DNA of 64,000 nucleotides from NCBI RefSeq assembly GCF_054482525.1, contig NZ_CM137006.1, one strand, 5' to 3'. Both the position numbers and the translations under genes were made by a program. A model generated the notes under the pieces. It had not been told where the DNA came from and made no database searches. It saw only the letters and a program-made list of their open reading frames with translations. Shown here in pieces: positions 29,463 through 40,563 of this stretch (positions within the stretch are counted from its first letter, which is position 1; the number at the start of each line of letters is the position of its first letter).

Positions 29463-30476
29463 TTATTCAATACCTGTGGTGACTGTAAAAGTGCGCGTTT
29501 GCTGCGGTGCAACCTGAATCAGCGTGCCATTACGTTGCGCGGCAAGATACCCCTCAGGTCGACAGGTTGCTGGTAATGCAAAGGCGGCTACCTGTTGCTC
29601 GCCGTTATAAAGGATCCAGCGTGTCACATAATTTAGTTCAGCACTGGAGAAACGAGTAACAAACGTAGTGCCATCGGGAGCGATCATGCGAAACTCTGGC
29701 TGATCTGTGTAAGCGTCCAGTTTGTCTGCAAAGAAGACTATTTCTGGATCATAAAATTCCGGTTGATTCAGCGTCGACAGAGAGGCTTCTCCCTGCATAA
29801 TCCGTTGATTAAACGCCAGCCACTGGGCGGTGGGATTAACATGCGAAGGTACTGATTCACGCAACCTTAATATTTCGTCCGGTATATTCTGGCTGAACGT
29901 AGCATTTGGTATATATGCATAATTCATGTGGCACATATATTGTAGTGGCATATCTACAGAAGCCAGATTGGTTACGGCCATCTTAATATCGAACAATGTA
30001 GAGGATTTGTGAAGGACCACTGTTGGCTGAGCCAGATAATGATGCCCGAACCCCATTACATACTCGTAACGCCCGGTAAGGCGTAACATATCTCCCTCTA
30101 ATTCCATCCATGCTTCATCCATCGCGGCACAGGCCATTTCACCGTGTAGCAGATGAGTATCTTCCGCAGATGGGCAGCCATTAGCCAGCAAACCTGAATG
30201 AAAGGCAAAACAGCCATAGGTCTCTATCACCTCTGTCGCCGGTTTAGGCTGGCGAAACATATTGCACATGGTGAGACTGTGTCCATCAAATTGCGCATCC
30301 CAAATCATCTGCCCCATCCAGGGAAGAATAATTAAATGTCCACGACTGTTTGCAATTTTAAGCCCCTCGACACCACTGTCATAGCGAAAAGACGTGACAG
30401 TAAAATCACTATTTTCCAGCAAGATACGAGGTTTTTCGCCAAAAAGCGCCCGCCACAAATAAATACGCGTACTCAT
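29463..30476 (-). CDS. deoX: Deoxyribose-operon mutarotase/epimerase-like protein
   Basis: 337 aa. Third gene of a ribokinase-permease-X unit arranged like the Salmonella / pathogenic-E. coli deoQKPX locus. Assigned by synteny with deoK/deoP/deoQ. Confidence 0.55.
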   Translation of the reverse strand: MSTRIYLWRALFGEKPRILLENSDFTVTSFRYDSGVEGLKIANSRGHLIILPWMGQMIWDAQFDGHSLTMCNMFRQPKPATEVIETYGCFAFHSGLLANGCPSAEDTHLLHGEMACAAMDEAWMELEGDMLRLTGRYEYVMGFGHHYLAQPTVVLHKSSTLFDIKMAVTNLASVDMPLQYMCHMNYAYIPNATFSQNIPDEILRLRESVPSHVNPTAQWLAFNQRIMQGEASLSTLNQPEFYDPEIVFFADKLDAYTDQPEFRMIAPDGTTFVTRFSSAELNYVTRWILYNGEQQVAAFALPATCRPEGYLAAQRNGTLIQVAPQQTRTFTVTTGIE

Positions 30477-30487
30477 AACGATTCTCC

Positions 30488-31804
30488 TCAGGACTCTGTG
30501 ACTTCAGCCAGTGCATTACGTACTTTGCTTTCACGCCAGAAGTAGACACCGACATAGACAAAACAGAGCATAGAAACCAGGAATGAAAGCTGTAGTGAGT
30601 GGAACATATCTGCAATATACCCCTGAATTGCCGGAACCACCGCTGCGCCAACAATAGCCATAACAATGACTGCTCCTGCCATTTCTGTATGTTGGTTATC
30701 AACTGTATCCAGTGTTCCTGCATAGATCGTCGCCCAGCAAGGGCCAAACAAAACACTTACCAGGACGGCGACATAGACCGCGCTGAAACTTGGAGCCAGT
30801 GCAACATATGCCAGAAACAGCGCCCCTATAACGGAATAGAGAATTAGGACTTTTTCCGGATTAAAACGTGTCATAAGGATGTTGGCTATAAACTTGCCAA
30901 TAAAGAAGCAGGCAAAGCTGTAGACCATGAAGTTTGAAGCATCACGTTCGTTGATATCGCCCAACTCCAGTGCCAGACGGATGGTAAATGACCATACTGC
31001 GACCTGCATACCCACATAAAGGAATTGAGCCACAATACCACGACGAAAGCGCGAATTTTTAGCCAGATAGCGCAGCGTATCCATTGCTGACGGGCGTTTA
31101 TGGTGACTTGTCTGTGCCACTTTACAGGTTGGGAAGCGGGTTAAAAGGAACAACACCATGACCACAACAAGAATCATAATCATATACTTATACGGTTCAA
31201 GGGTGTTCTCTAACATCAGCACCTTAAAGTTGTGAATTTGCTCGGCGTTCATTCCGGACATCTGCTTCTCAAGGCTTTCCCCCTCGGAGAAAACCAGATA
31301 TTTGCCCAATAAAATACCAGACGCAGCACCAATCGGATAAAAGGTCTGGCTGATATTGAGCCGCAATGTGGCATAGGCTTTTGGACCGATCATTGAACTG
31401 TATGTGTTCGCTGCAGTTTCAAGGAAACTCAGGCCAATCGCAATCGCAAAAATAGCTGCAAGGAACATAGTGTAGGTTGCCATATGCGAGGCAGGGAAAA
31501 AAAGTGTACAACCACCAATATACAGCGTCAGGCCAATTAAAATTGCCACCTTATAACTGGTCTTTTTAATCACAAGGGATGCTGGTATTGCAATTAAAAA
31601 ATAACCTCCATAAAATGCGCTCTGCACCAATGCTGAAGCAAAGTTACTTAGCGAAAATACACTTTTGAATTGAGTGATTAATATGTCATTTAATGCAGCT
31701 GCGCATCCCCATAGCGGGAATAAACACGATAACAAAATAAACTGGAACAAGGGAGTCTTATTCAGATACCCATCAGGCATCTGAATGATGTTTTTATCGT
31801 TCAT
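30488..31804 (-). CDS. deoP: FucP-family sugar:H+ symporter (deoxyribose permease)
   Basis: 438 aa, 12-TM MFS of the L-fucose permease subfamily, similar in outline to E. coli FucP. Lies between the ribokinase-like and mutarotase-like genes. Confidence 0.7.
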   Translation of the reverse strand: MNDKNIIQMPDGYLNKTPLFQFILLSCLFPLWGCAAALNDILITQFKSVFSLSNFASALVQSAFYGGYFLIAIPASLVIKKTSYKVAILIGLTLYIGGCTLFFPASHMATYTMFLAAIFAIAIGLSFLETAANTYSSMIGPKAYATLRLNISQTFYPIGAASGILLGKYLVFSEGESLEKQMSGMNAEQIHNFKVLMLENTLEPYKYMIMILVVVMVLFLLTRFPTCKVAQTSHHKRPSAMDTLRYLAKNSRFRRGIVAQFLYVGMQVAVWSFTIRLALELGDINERDASNFMVYSFACFFIGKFIANILMTRFNPEKVLILYSVIGALFLAYVALAPSFSAVYVAVLVSVLFGPCWATIYAGTLDTVDNQHTEMAGAVIVMAIVGAAVVPAIQGYIADMFHSLQLSFLVSMLCFVYVGVYFWRESKVRNALAEVTES

Positions 31805-31831
31805 AGTGCTACCTTTAACTGTGCAGGATGA

Positions 31832-32752
31832 TTATTCGTTTAAGGTTAAAAATTCATTAAATTGTTCAATACTCGGATAAGATGATTGCGTACCTTTCCC
31901 TGTGACGCTGAAAGCGGCAAAGAGAGCGGCTTTTTTCAAAGCGGCTTCAACATCACCGCTTTGAACATAATAATGGGAAAAGCAACCAATAAATGCGTCA
32001 CCAGCGCCACTAGTATCAACAGCATTTACTTTGAATGCAGGAACATGGACTTCCTGATCGCGGGTCATCCATAATGCGCCTTTTTCGCTCATGGTAACAA
32101 TAATATTGTTCAGCCCTTTATCAACTAACGAACGTGCGGCCAAACGAATATGATCATAAGTATCAACCGACATACCGGTTAATATTTCCAGTTCTGTTTC
32201 ATTCGGGATAAAGAAATCACATTTGCAGGCATAAGACATATCTAACTCACGCAATGCCGGAGCCGGATTTAATAACACTTCAATACCATTTTTCTTACCA
32301 AACTCAATCGCGTGGTAAACTGTTTCCAGTTGAACTTCCAGTTGTAAAACGATCAATTTGCATTTTTTCAGATCTTCTGCAGCTCGATCGATATCTTCCG
32401 GGGAAAGAAATTTATTCGCTCCCTTAATTATTAATATACTATTGCTCGAGTTGGCATTAACAAAGATCGGTGCAACACCACTGCTGGTACAGGGGACCTT
32501 CTCAACATAAGTGATATTAATTCCCCATGATTCGAGATTACGAATAGTATTATCCGCAAAAATATCATCACCTACTTTAGTCAGCATCAGGACTTTTGAA
32601 TTCAATTTAGCCGCCGCCACCGCTTGATTAGCACCTTTCCCACCACATCCGATTTTGAAGGCAGGTGCTTCCAGAGTTTCTCCTTCTTTAGGCATCTGAT
32701 TAGTGTAAGTAATGAGATCCACCATATTGGAACCAATAACTGCAATGTCCAT
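31832..32752 (-). CDS. deoK: Deoxyribokinase (ribokinase/PfkB family)
   Basis: MDIAVIGSNMVDLITY...GGKGANQAVAAAKL...DTSGAGDAFIGCF. Start chosen at the M with AGAGG SD 8 nt upstream; the ORF track extends 9 codons further. Confidence 0.75.
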   Translation of the reverse strand: MDIAVIGSNMVDLITYTNQMPKEGETLEAPAFKIGCGGKGANQAVAAAKLNSKVLMLTKVGDDIFADNTIRNLESWGINITYVEKVPCTSSGVAPIFVNANSSNSILIIKGANKFLSPEDIDRAAEDLKKCKLIVLQLEVQLETVYHAIEFGKKNGIEVLLNPAPALRELDMSYACKCDFFIPNETELEILTGMSVDTYDHIRLAARSLVDKGLNNIIVTMSEKGALWMTRDQEVHVPAFKVNAVDTSGAGDAFIGCFSHYYVQSGDVEAALKKAALFAAFSVTGKGTQSSYPSIEQFNEFLTLNE

Positions 32753-33054
32753 TTCACTACCTCTTATAAACTTTCGCATAACAATGGTATTTAAATAACA
32801 TTAGCATGTTACTTTTGCATCATTTGTGACTGAGATCGCGATTAGCACATCAACCCGATGTTTATTTAATAGACTTCCAGTCTCATCACTCAGGCCAACA
32901 CGATCTAATCATAAGCAACCTAACAGGATTAATACCGAAAACTCAGCAGCCTATACCCTTTTCATTTCAAAGGGGCGGTCGTATAGTATGGTAATGAAAA
33001 CAATGTTTACTAACGCCAAAATGTTATTTTTATAACATTCTTACGGAGAGAGAG

Positions 33055-33840
33055 TTGATGGAAACGAAGCAAAAAGAGCGTATCCGACGTTTGATGGAAC
33101 TGCTTAAGAAAACCGACAGAATCCATTTGAAAGACGCAGCGCGAATGCTGGAAGTTTCTGTAATGACTATTCGTCGCGATCTCCATCAGGAAGATGAACC
33201 TCTGCCACTGACCCTACTGGGTGGCTATATTGTAATGGTGAATAAACCCGCGCCATCCATGCCAGTAATCCATGACGTTCCAAAAAATCATCGTGATGAC
33301 TTACCTATTGCAATTCTGGCTGCCGGAATGGTTAATGAAAATGATCTGATCTTCTTTGATAATGGTCAGGAGATACCACTCGTTATAAGCATGATCCCGG
33401 ATGCAATCACCTTCACCGGTATCTGTTACTCACATCGCGTCTTTGTTGCGTTGAATGAAAAGCCTAATGTAACAGCAATACTTTGTGGTGGTACGTATCG
33501 TGCCAGAAGTGATGCTTTTTACGATGCCAGTAACTCTTCGCCATTAGACTCTCTCAATCCGCGAAAAATATTTATTTCCGCCAGCGGTGTGCATAATCAC
33601 TTTGGCGTCAGCTGGTTTAACCCTGAAGATCTTGCCACTAAGCGTAAAGCGATGAACCGTGGACTACGGAAAATTTTGCTCGCCCGCCACGCGTTGTTCG
33701 ATGAAGTGGCCTCTGCCAGCCTCGCACCGATCTCTGCATTTGACGTTCTGATTAGCGATCGTCCGTTACCGGCAGATTATGTTACGCACTGCCAGAATGG
33801 TTCTGTAAAGATCATTACACCTGATTCAGAAGACGAATGA
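33055..33840 (+). CDS. deoQ: DeoR-family transcriptional repressor of the deoxyribose operon
   Basis: N-terminal DeoR HTH (RIRRLMELLKKTDRIHLKDAARMLEVSVMTIRRDL). Divergently transcribed from deoKPX. Confidence 0.7.
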   Translation: MMETKQKERIRRLMELLKKTDRIHLKDAARMLEVSVMTIRRDLHQEDEPLPLTLLGGYIVMVNKPAPSMPVIHDVPKNHRDDLPIAILAAGMVNENDLIFFDNGQEIPLVISMIPDAITFTGICYSHRVFVALNEKPNVTAILCGGTYRARSDAFYDASNSSPLDSLNPRKIFISASGVHNHFGVSWFNPEDLATKRKAMNRGLRKILLARHALFDEVASASLAPISAFDVLISDRPLPADYVTHCQNGSVKIITPDSEDE

Positions 33841-35040
33841 CTTACTGAAAAAACACCACAATCTTGTTAAACATCGTCGGATTGGACTGATTACGTTGCA
33901 CTTTCACCACATATTCCAGCTTATCTATTTGGCTTATCACCTACTCCAGACGCTGGTCATCCTTGACCAGTAGCCAGATATGGCTTTTGTCGCAGTCCTG
34001 AATCGGCAGGCAGAGAATGTCTTCAACGTTAAGAGCGCGACGGGCAAAAGCCCACAAAGGTGAGTCATTACACCCGGATGGTAAACAGGCACTTCCTTGT
34101 TGTAGAAGCCGTTATATTGTCCATAATGTCTGGGTTTTTAATGCATACTGGGTAACAACCGGACGAATCTTCGAATATCACTGGCGCTGCCAGCCGGTTT
34201 GAATTCATCTCACAACCCTGCATAGAGCGAATCTCCTGCCTGCACGTCACTCCACTCCATGGTATCAACTTCACACTCTTTATCTGCGGCTAGTTTCAGC
34301 CACCAGATAAGCATCGACTATGAAAGATGAGCCATGACAACATAACGTTGGTAACGCTCTGACGCCTTAATGGAAGATGCCTGCCACCATAGGGAATGTA
34401 AACGACTGAAGTGTGGCCTTTAATGCCGTGAACGGCTCATGGTCTCCTGGCACGGTTGCCGCCCCAACCTGTAACAACATTCCACAGTACAATGTCTGTC
34501 AGAGTCAGAGCCTCCCATGCTTGTTGTAGTAACTCTACCAGTTACGAACATCCTTCCTCAAAATTGTTGTCATATCTCGCATGGAAGAAAAGATCCTGGC
34601 TAAGGAGCAACACACAACGTATTGCGGAACTTGCATATTTTTCCTGTAACTAGTGTATTACCACATATGGTAATAGCTACCTGTGTGGTTTCGCTGGATA
34701 GCAAGGGGATTTATTCGCAAGTAAAATGCCTGATAAAATACACGAATCTAGTAATCATCAATATTTACTCTGGTCGAATGACGCGTGAAGTGGACTGCCA
34801 GCAGACGCGGCCAGTGGTCCACCGCCTGCTGAACAAAACGCCAGATATCTCCCGGCTCTGAAAGTAACGCTTCGGTTATTTGCACGGAATACTACTCCTT
34901 CAGACTCTGTTAAGTTTTGTTTGTTAAACCGGTGCAGACCTGCAGGAAAGCATGCCAGCACCGGCACTGTACGATATAAACATCCGGTACCGGGGATACG
35001 AATGGAATGACGAATACGCCAGAAAAGGGATAACAACCTT

Positions 35041-36204
35041 CCTCATAATGGTGAAATCATTCGCTATCGGTTACACGGTACGCGATGTCGCCAAAGGCAG
35101 CTGGATCGACGAATCCACGGTCACGCTACCGAAAGCGCCGCCGCTTAACACCCTGCCTCGGGCGACCAAAGTGCCGGAGCCGCAGCCGCCGCAGGAAGAT
35201 TACACCTTTGAAGGTTACCGCAACGCCGACGGCAGCGTGGGCACCAAAAACCTGTTGGGTATTACCACCAGCGTGCACTGCATGGCAGACGTTGAGGACT
35301 ACGTGGTTAAAATTATCGAACGCGACCTGCTGCCGAAATACCTGAGCATCGACGGCGTGGTCGACTTGAACCACCTCTACGGCTGTGGCGTAGCGATTAA
35401 TGTACCGGCCGCCGTGGTGCCAATTCGCACCATCCATAATATTGCGCTGAACCCAAACTTCGGTGGCGAAGTGATGGTGGTGGGCATGCAGTGCGGTGGC
35501 AGCGACGCGTTCTCCGGCGTTACCACTAACCCCGCGCTGTCGGCTACGACTCTGACCTGCTGGTGCGCTGCGGCGCAACGGTGATGTTCTCCGAAGTCAC
35601 TGAAGTACGCGACGCCATTCATCTGTTAACGCCACGCGCCATCAATGAAGAAGTGGGCAGGCGTCTGCTCGAAGAGATGGCCTGATACGATAACTATCCC
35701 GATATGGGCAAAACCGACCGCAGCGCCAACCCTTCGCCGGGCAACAAAAAGGGCGGCCTCGCCAACGTGGTAAAGAAAGCACTCGGCTCCATTGCTAAAT
35801 CGGGTAAAACCGCAATTGTTGAAGTGCTGTCGCCCGGTCAACACCCGACTAAACGCGGATTAATTTACGCCGCGACGCCAGCCAGCGATTTTGTCTGTGG
35901 CACGCAACAGGTGGCTTCGGGTATCACCGTGCAAGTGTTTACGACCGGCCGTGGTACGCCGTACGGCCTGATGGAGGTACCCGTCATTAAAATGGCGACC
36001 CGCACCGGGCTGGCGAACCACTGGTTTGATTTAATGGATATTAACGCAGGCACTATCGCTACCGGCGAAGAAACCATTGAAGAGGTGGGCTGGAAGTTGT
36101 TCCACTTTATTCTCGACGTCGCCAGCGGGAAGAAGAAAACCCTCTCGGATCAATGGGGATTGCATAACCAACTGGCAGTGTTTAACCCGGCACCGGTGGC
36201 CTGA
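35041..36204 (+). pseudogene. garD: Galactarate dehydratase gene with multiple lesions (5' truncation, about 90-codon internal deletion, frameshift, TGA nonsense)
   Basis: Segments ...RDVAKGSWIDESTVTLPKAPPLNTLPRATKVPEP...NPNFGGEVMVVGMQCGGSDAFSGV..., then out-of-frame, then [34 protein letters not shown] and [23 protein letters not shown]...[11 protein letters not shown] all match E. coli GarD, but not as one reading frame. Confidence 0.75.
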
Positions 36205-36266
36205 TATTCTCTTCATACATTAAGTTGTATTATGCCCGATAACGCTTGTTTATCGGGCATAGTGAA

Positions 36267-37091
36267 TCACAGCGAAGACGCGAGCTCCCCGACCAGAATC
36301 ACTTCAACCCCAGCCTTTCGCAAGCCTTCCAGACTATCCGCAGGAATGCCTTCATCAACAATGATCATGTCGATACGTTGAGTATCAATGATCTTATGTA
36401 AACTGGAACGATTGAACTTACTGGAATCGGTGACCACGATGATCCGTTCCGCAACTTCGCACATCCGGCGGTTTAAACGGGCTTCATCTTCATTATGCGT
36501 GCTGACGCCGCGCTCCAGATCGATCGCATCTACACCAAGAAACAGCATATCGAAGTGGTAATTTTGCAGCGATTGCTCAGCCTGATCGCCGTAAAAAGAT
36601 TGCGACTGACGGCGCAAATGCCCGCCGGTCATCAGCAGCTCAACGCCTTCCGCTTCCAGCAACGCATTAGCCACGTTCATACCGTTGGTCATCGCAATTA
36701 CGTCAGTGTGCTTGCGCATCAGACGAGCAATCTCAAAAGTGGTGGTCCCGGAATCGAGGAGCACCCGATGACCTGGCTGAATCAACTCAACGGCAGCTTT
36801 CGCAACGCTGCGTTTCATCGCGGTGTTCAGTGCGCTTTTGTCTTCCACTGATGGCTCGACTGACGGCGTCGTGCTATCGCAGATCAACGCGCCACCATAG
36901 GCACGCACAGCGATCCCCTGCTTTTCCAGAAACGCCAGATCGTTGCGGATCGTCACAGTAGATACGCCATACAATGCCGACAGATCGTTAACCTGCACAC
37001 TCCCTTGCTGTCGCAGACGCTGAATGATCTGTTCTCGTCGCTCGCTGGTGCCTGTCACTCGCTTCTCACCTGAAGCGTCGGTATTACTCAT
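36267..37091 (-). CDS. agaR: DeoR-family repressor of the N-acetylgalactosamine (aga) operon
   Basis: [59 protein letters not shown]..., matching E. coli AgaR as I recall it. Confidence 0.8.
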   Translation of the reverse strand: MSNTDASGEKRVTGTSERREQIIQRLRQQGSVQVNDLSALYGVSTVTIRNDLAFLEKQGIAVRAYGGALICDSTTPSVEPSVEDKSALNTAMKRSVAKAAVELIQPGHRVLLDSGTTTFEIARLMRKHTDVIAMTNGMNVANALLEAEGVELLMTGGHLRRQSQSFYGDQAEQSLQNYHFDMLFLGVDAIDLERGVSTHNEDEARLNRRMCEVAERIIVVTDSSKFNRSSLHKIIDTQRIDMIIVDEGIPADSLEGLRKAGVEVILVGELASSL

Positions 37092-37389
37092 AGTAAGTCC
37101 TTTCGTAAAACTTTCGTTTCATTTCGTTTTGCCTATTAACGCCTTTCTATTAAGCAAATGCAAGCCCACCTTGCCCATTGGCGCAAGCTACTCTCGTTTC
37201 ACTGACTTTCATTATGTTTCTTTTGTGAATCAGATCAGAAAACTATTATCTTTCGTTTTATTTTTATCTCACCATGACGCAGTATCAACTGAAACAAAAC
37301 GAAAGATTAATATCGCAGCAATCTGAACTGGAGAGGAAAGTGAAACATCTGACAGAAATGGTGAGGCAGCACAAAGCGGGCAAAACAAA

Positions 37390-37678
37390 TGGAATTTATG
37401 CCGTTTGTTTTGCCCGCTTTGTGCTGCATGGGGCGAGCGATGTGCCGGATGAGTATGTTCGTCGCACCATTGGGCCAGGCGTCTGCAAAGTCAACGTTGC
37501 AACCGAGTTGAAGATCGCCTTCTCTGACGCTATCAAAGCTTGGTTTGCTGAAAATCAGCAGAGCAACGATCCGCGCTTTTACATGCGGGTTGGCATGGAC
37601 GCCATGAAAGAGGTGGTCAGAAGCAAAATCGCCGTCTGCGGCTCGGCAAATCGATTACGGCTACCGGCGGAGGCCTGA
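37390..37678 (+). pseudogene. kbaY: 3' fragment of tagatose-1,6-bisphosphate aldolase gene (class II aldolase C-terminus)
   Basis: ...[76 protein letters not shown] is the KbaY/GatY C-terminus; the N-terminal two-thirds are missing. The ORF-track start at 37274 is non-homologous read-through. Confidence 0.6.
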
Positions 37679-37791
37679 TCCAACAGCGTATTACCTCAAT
37701 ATTTCAAAATAATTATAAGTCCCACAAATATGAAGGCGCGTCCTTAAACCGGGTAGTGCCTTCCATTATCCTAAAATTCGAGGAGCCCTAT

Positions 37792-39363
37792 ATGACACAA
37801 AAAAAATCTTTTAAATCAAAATTATGGGAATTTTTACAAAGTCTGGGGAAAACCTTTATGTTCCCGGTTTCGCTTCTTGCCTTTATGGGATTGCTGCTGG
37901 GTATCGGTAGTTCAGTCACCAGCCCTTCCACCATTACTAGTTTTCCCTTTCTGGGCGGCGAATTTACCCAGTTGACCTTTGGCTTTATCGCTATGGTCGG
38001 TGGCTTTGCTTTTACCTATCTGCCGCTGATGTTTGCCATGGCGATCCCCATGGGGCTTGCCAAGCGCAACAAAGCGGTCGCTGCCTTTGCCGGGTTCGTT
38101 GGCTACATGCTGATGAACATGAGCATTAATTATTACCTGACGGCTACCCACCAGCTTGCCGACCCCGCCACCATGAAACAGGTAGGACAATCGATCGTGC
38201 TGGGCATTCAAACCCTGGAGATGGGGGTATTAGGTGGCATTGTGGTTGGGGTTATCACCTATTTTCTGCATGACCGTTTTCAGGACACGGTTCTGCATGA
38301 CGCCTTCGCCTTCTTTAGCGGCATTCGTTTCGTGCCGATTATTACCGCGCTCACCCTGTCGCTGGTGGGTCTGTTCATTCCCATGCTGTGGGAATACGTC
38401 GCGCTGGGCATCGCGGGCATTGGGCATATCATCCAGAGCACCAGCGTTTTCGGCCCCTTCCTCTACGGCGTAGGCGTGCTGCTGCTTAAACCTTTTGGTC
38501 TGCACCACATCCTGCTGGCGATGGTGCGTTTTACCCCAGCAGGCGGCATTGAAATGGTAAATGGCCATGAGGTCGCCGGGGCGCTGAATATCTTCTACGC
38601 CGAGCTCAAAGCCGGCCTGCCGTTTAGCCCGCACGTTACCGCGTTTCTGTCACAAGGGTTTATGCCGACCTTTATCTTCGGTTTACCCGCCGTGGCTTAC
38701 GCCATCTACCGCACCGCGCGTCCGGAAAATCGGCCGGTCATTAAGGGGTTGCTGCTTTCCGGCGTGCTGGTTTCCGTCGTCACCGGTATTTCAGAGCCGA
38801 TTGAGTTCCTGTTCCTGTTTATCGCCCCCGCGCTTTACGCCTTCCATATCGTCATGTCTGGCCTGGCGCTGATGGTAATGGCCCTGCTGGGAGTGACCAT
38901 CGGCAATACCGACGGCGGCATTCTGGATCTGCTGATTTTCGGCGTGATGCAGGGAATGTCGACCAAATGGTATCTGCTGTTCCCGGTTGGTATTGCCTGG
39001 TTTGCCATCTACTTCTTTGTCTTCCGCTGGTACATCCTCAAACACAACATCAAAACGCCGGGCCGCGAGGTGGATGTTCAGGGGGCACAGCAAGCCGTCG
39101 AGGCGAACACCCGCGCGCGCGGAAAATCAAAATACGATCACGAGCTTATCCTACGTGCGCTCGGAGGTAAAGAGAACATTGAGTCGCTTGATAACTGTAT
39201 TACCCGCTTGCGTCTGGTGGTGAAAGATATGGGCCTTATCGATCAGCAGGCGCTGAAAGCGGCAGGCGCGTTGTCAGTGGTGATGCTTGATGCGCATAGC
39301 GTGCAGGTGATCATCGGACCGCAGGTACAGAGCGTCAAAACCGGCATTGAAGCCTTAATTTAA
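37792..39363 (+). CDS. PTS glucose/maltose-family EIICB component (MalX/PtsG-like)
   Basis: MTQKKSFKSKLWEFLQSLGKTFMFPVSLL... parallels the MalX/PtsG N-terminus. C-terminal EIIB with the phospho-cysteine motif NCITRLR. GGAG SD 7 nt upstream of this ATG. Confidence 0.8.
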   Translation: MTQKKSFKSKLWEFLQSLGKTFMFPVSLLAFMGLLLGIGSSVTSPSTITSFPFLGGEFTQLTFGFIAMVGGFAFTYLPLMFAMAIPMGLAKRNKAVAAFAGFVGYMLMNMSINYYLTATHQLADPATMKQVGQSIVLGIQTLEMGVLGGIVVGVITYFLHDRFQDTVLHDAFAFFSGIRFVPIITALTLSLVGLFIPMLWEYVALGIAGIGHIIQSTSVFGPFLYGVGVLLLKPFGLHHILLAMVRFTPAGGIEMVNGHEVAGALNIFYAELKAGLPFSPHVTAFLSQGFMPTFIFGLPAVAYAIYRTARPENRPVIKGLLLSGVLVSVVTGISEPIEFLFLFIAPALYAFHIVMSGLALMVMALLGVTIGNTDGGILDLLIFGVMQGMSTKWYLLFPVGIAWFAIYFFVFRWYILKHNIKTPGREVDVQGAQQAVEANTRARGKSKYDHELILRALGGKENIESLDNCITRLRLVVKDMGLIDQQALKAAGALSVVMLDAHSVQVIIGPQVQSVKTGIEALI

Positions 39364-39374
39364 CAGGAGGAGTG

Positions 39375-40550
39375 ATGTTTGATTTCGACAAAATCATTGA
39401 GCGTCAAAGTGATAAGTGCCGTAAATGGGACCATACCTTTGTTTGCTCGCGTTTCGGTGACGTCCCGGAGTCCTTTATCCCCCTATGGATAGCCGATATG
39501 GATTTCACCTCACCACCTGCGGTGATTGACGGTTTCCGGCGCATCGTGGAGCACGGCACCTTTGGTTATACCTGGTGCTTTGACGAATTCTACGACGCGG
39601 TCATTGCCTTCCAGCGCAAACGTCATCAGGTTGAGGTGGAAAAGTCGTGGATCACGTTGACCTACGGCACCGTATCCACGCTGCACTACACGGTTCAGGC
39701 ATTCTGCAAACCGGGTGACAGCGTGATGATGAACACGCCGGTCTACGATCCTTTTGCGATGGCGGCACAGCGCCAGGGCGTGCAGGTACTGGCTAACCCG
39801 CTGCGCGTGGAGGAAAACCGCTATCAGCTTGATTTTAATCTGATAGAAGAACAGCTCAAAACCCACCGTCCAACGCTGTGGTTCTTCTGCTCGCCACATA
39901 ACCCGTCCGGCAGGATCTGGCGCGAGGAAGAAATACGCCAGGTGTCCGATCTCTGTCAACGCTACGGCACGATTCTGGTGGTCGATGAGGTTCACGCTGA
40001 ACACATTCTGGATGGCAAATTCGCCAGTTGTCTCACCTCTGGCTGTGCCGCCCAGGACAACCTGATCGTGCTCACATCGCCCAACAAAGCGTTCAATTTG
40101 GGCGGGCTGAAAACCTCCTACTCCATGATTCCAGACGACTCGCTGCGCCAGCGCTTCCGCCAGCAGCTCGAGAAGAACTCCATTACCTCGCCCAATTTGT
40201 TCGGGGTATGGGGAATCATTCTGGCCTATCAACACGGTCTGCCCTGGCTCGACGCGCTGAACGGTTATCTGCAAGGCAACGCCCGGTATCTGGCGGATGC
40301 CCTCCAGACCCACTTCCCGGCGTGGAAGATGATGAACCCGGAATCGTCGTATCTGGCGTGGATAGACGTAAGCGCGGATGAGCGTAGCGCAACGCAGCTA
40401 ACCCAACATTTCGCACGGCAGGCAGGCGTGGTCATAGAAGACGGCAGCCACTATGTACAAAACGGCGAAAACTACCTGCGGATTAATTTTGGCACCCAGC
40501 GCTACTGGCTGGAGCAGTCCATTAACCGAATGCTGAAAAATGACAAATAA
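39375..40550 (+). CDS. MalY/PatB-like PLP-dependent C-S beta-lyase (aminotransferase class I/II fold)
   Basis: 391 aa; pairs with the MalX-like PTS gene as malX-malY does. AGGAGG SD before the ATG at 39375 (the ORF track starts at the GTG at 39372). Confidence 0.7.
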   Translation: MFDFDKIIERQSDKCRKWDHTFVCSRFGDVPESFIPLWIADMDFTSPPAVIDGFRRIVEHGTFGYTWCFDEFYDAVIAFQRKRHQVEVEKSWITLTYGTVSTLHYTVQAFCKPGDSVMMNTPVYDPFAMAAQRQGVQVLANPLRVEENRYQLDFNLIEEQLKTHRPTLWFFCSPHNPSGRIWREEEIRQVSDLCQRYGTILVVDEVHAEHILDGKFASCLTSGCAAQDNLIVLTSPNKAFNLGGLKTSYSMIPDDSLRQRFRQQLEKNSITSPNLFGVWGIILAYQHGLPWLDALNGYLQGNARYLADALQTHFPAWKMMNPESSYLAWIDVSADERSATQLTQHFARQAGVVIEDGSHYVQNGENYLRINFGTQRYWLEQSINRMLKNDK

Positions 40551-40563
40551 GGATCTTACCCCG

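Noticed and set aside
34017-35036. Multiple 60-90-aa ORFs in the 34-35 kb gap
   Set aside because: No RBS or motif support. Compositionally they look like decayed non-coding DNA.
33900-35040. A decayed garP (MFS transporter) upstream of garD on the opposite strand
   Set aside because: No minus-strand frame in this interval resembles a 12-TM transporter. Only short junk ORFs are present.
39510-40313. 267-aa -strand ORF inside the MalY-like gene
   Set aside because: Antisense to a conserved PLP-enzyme frame. Arg/Val-rich translation typical of a GC-rich shadow ORF.
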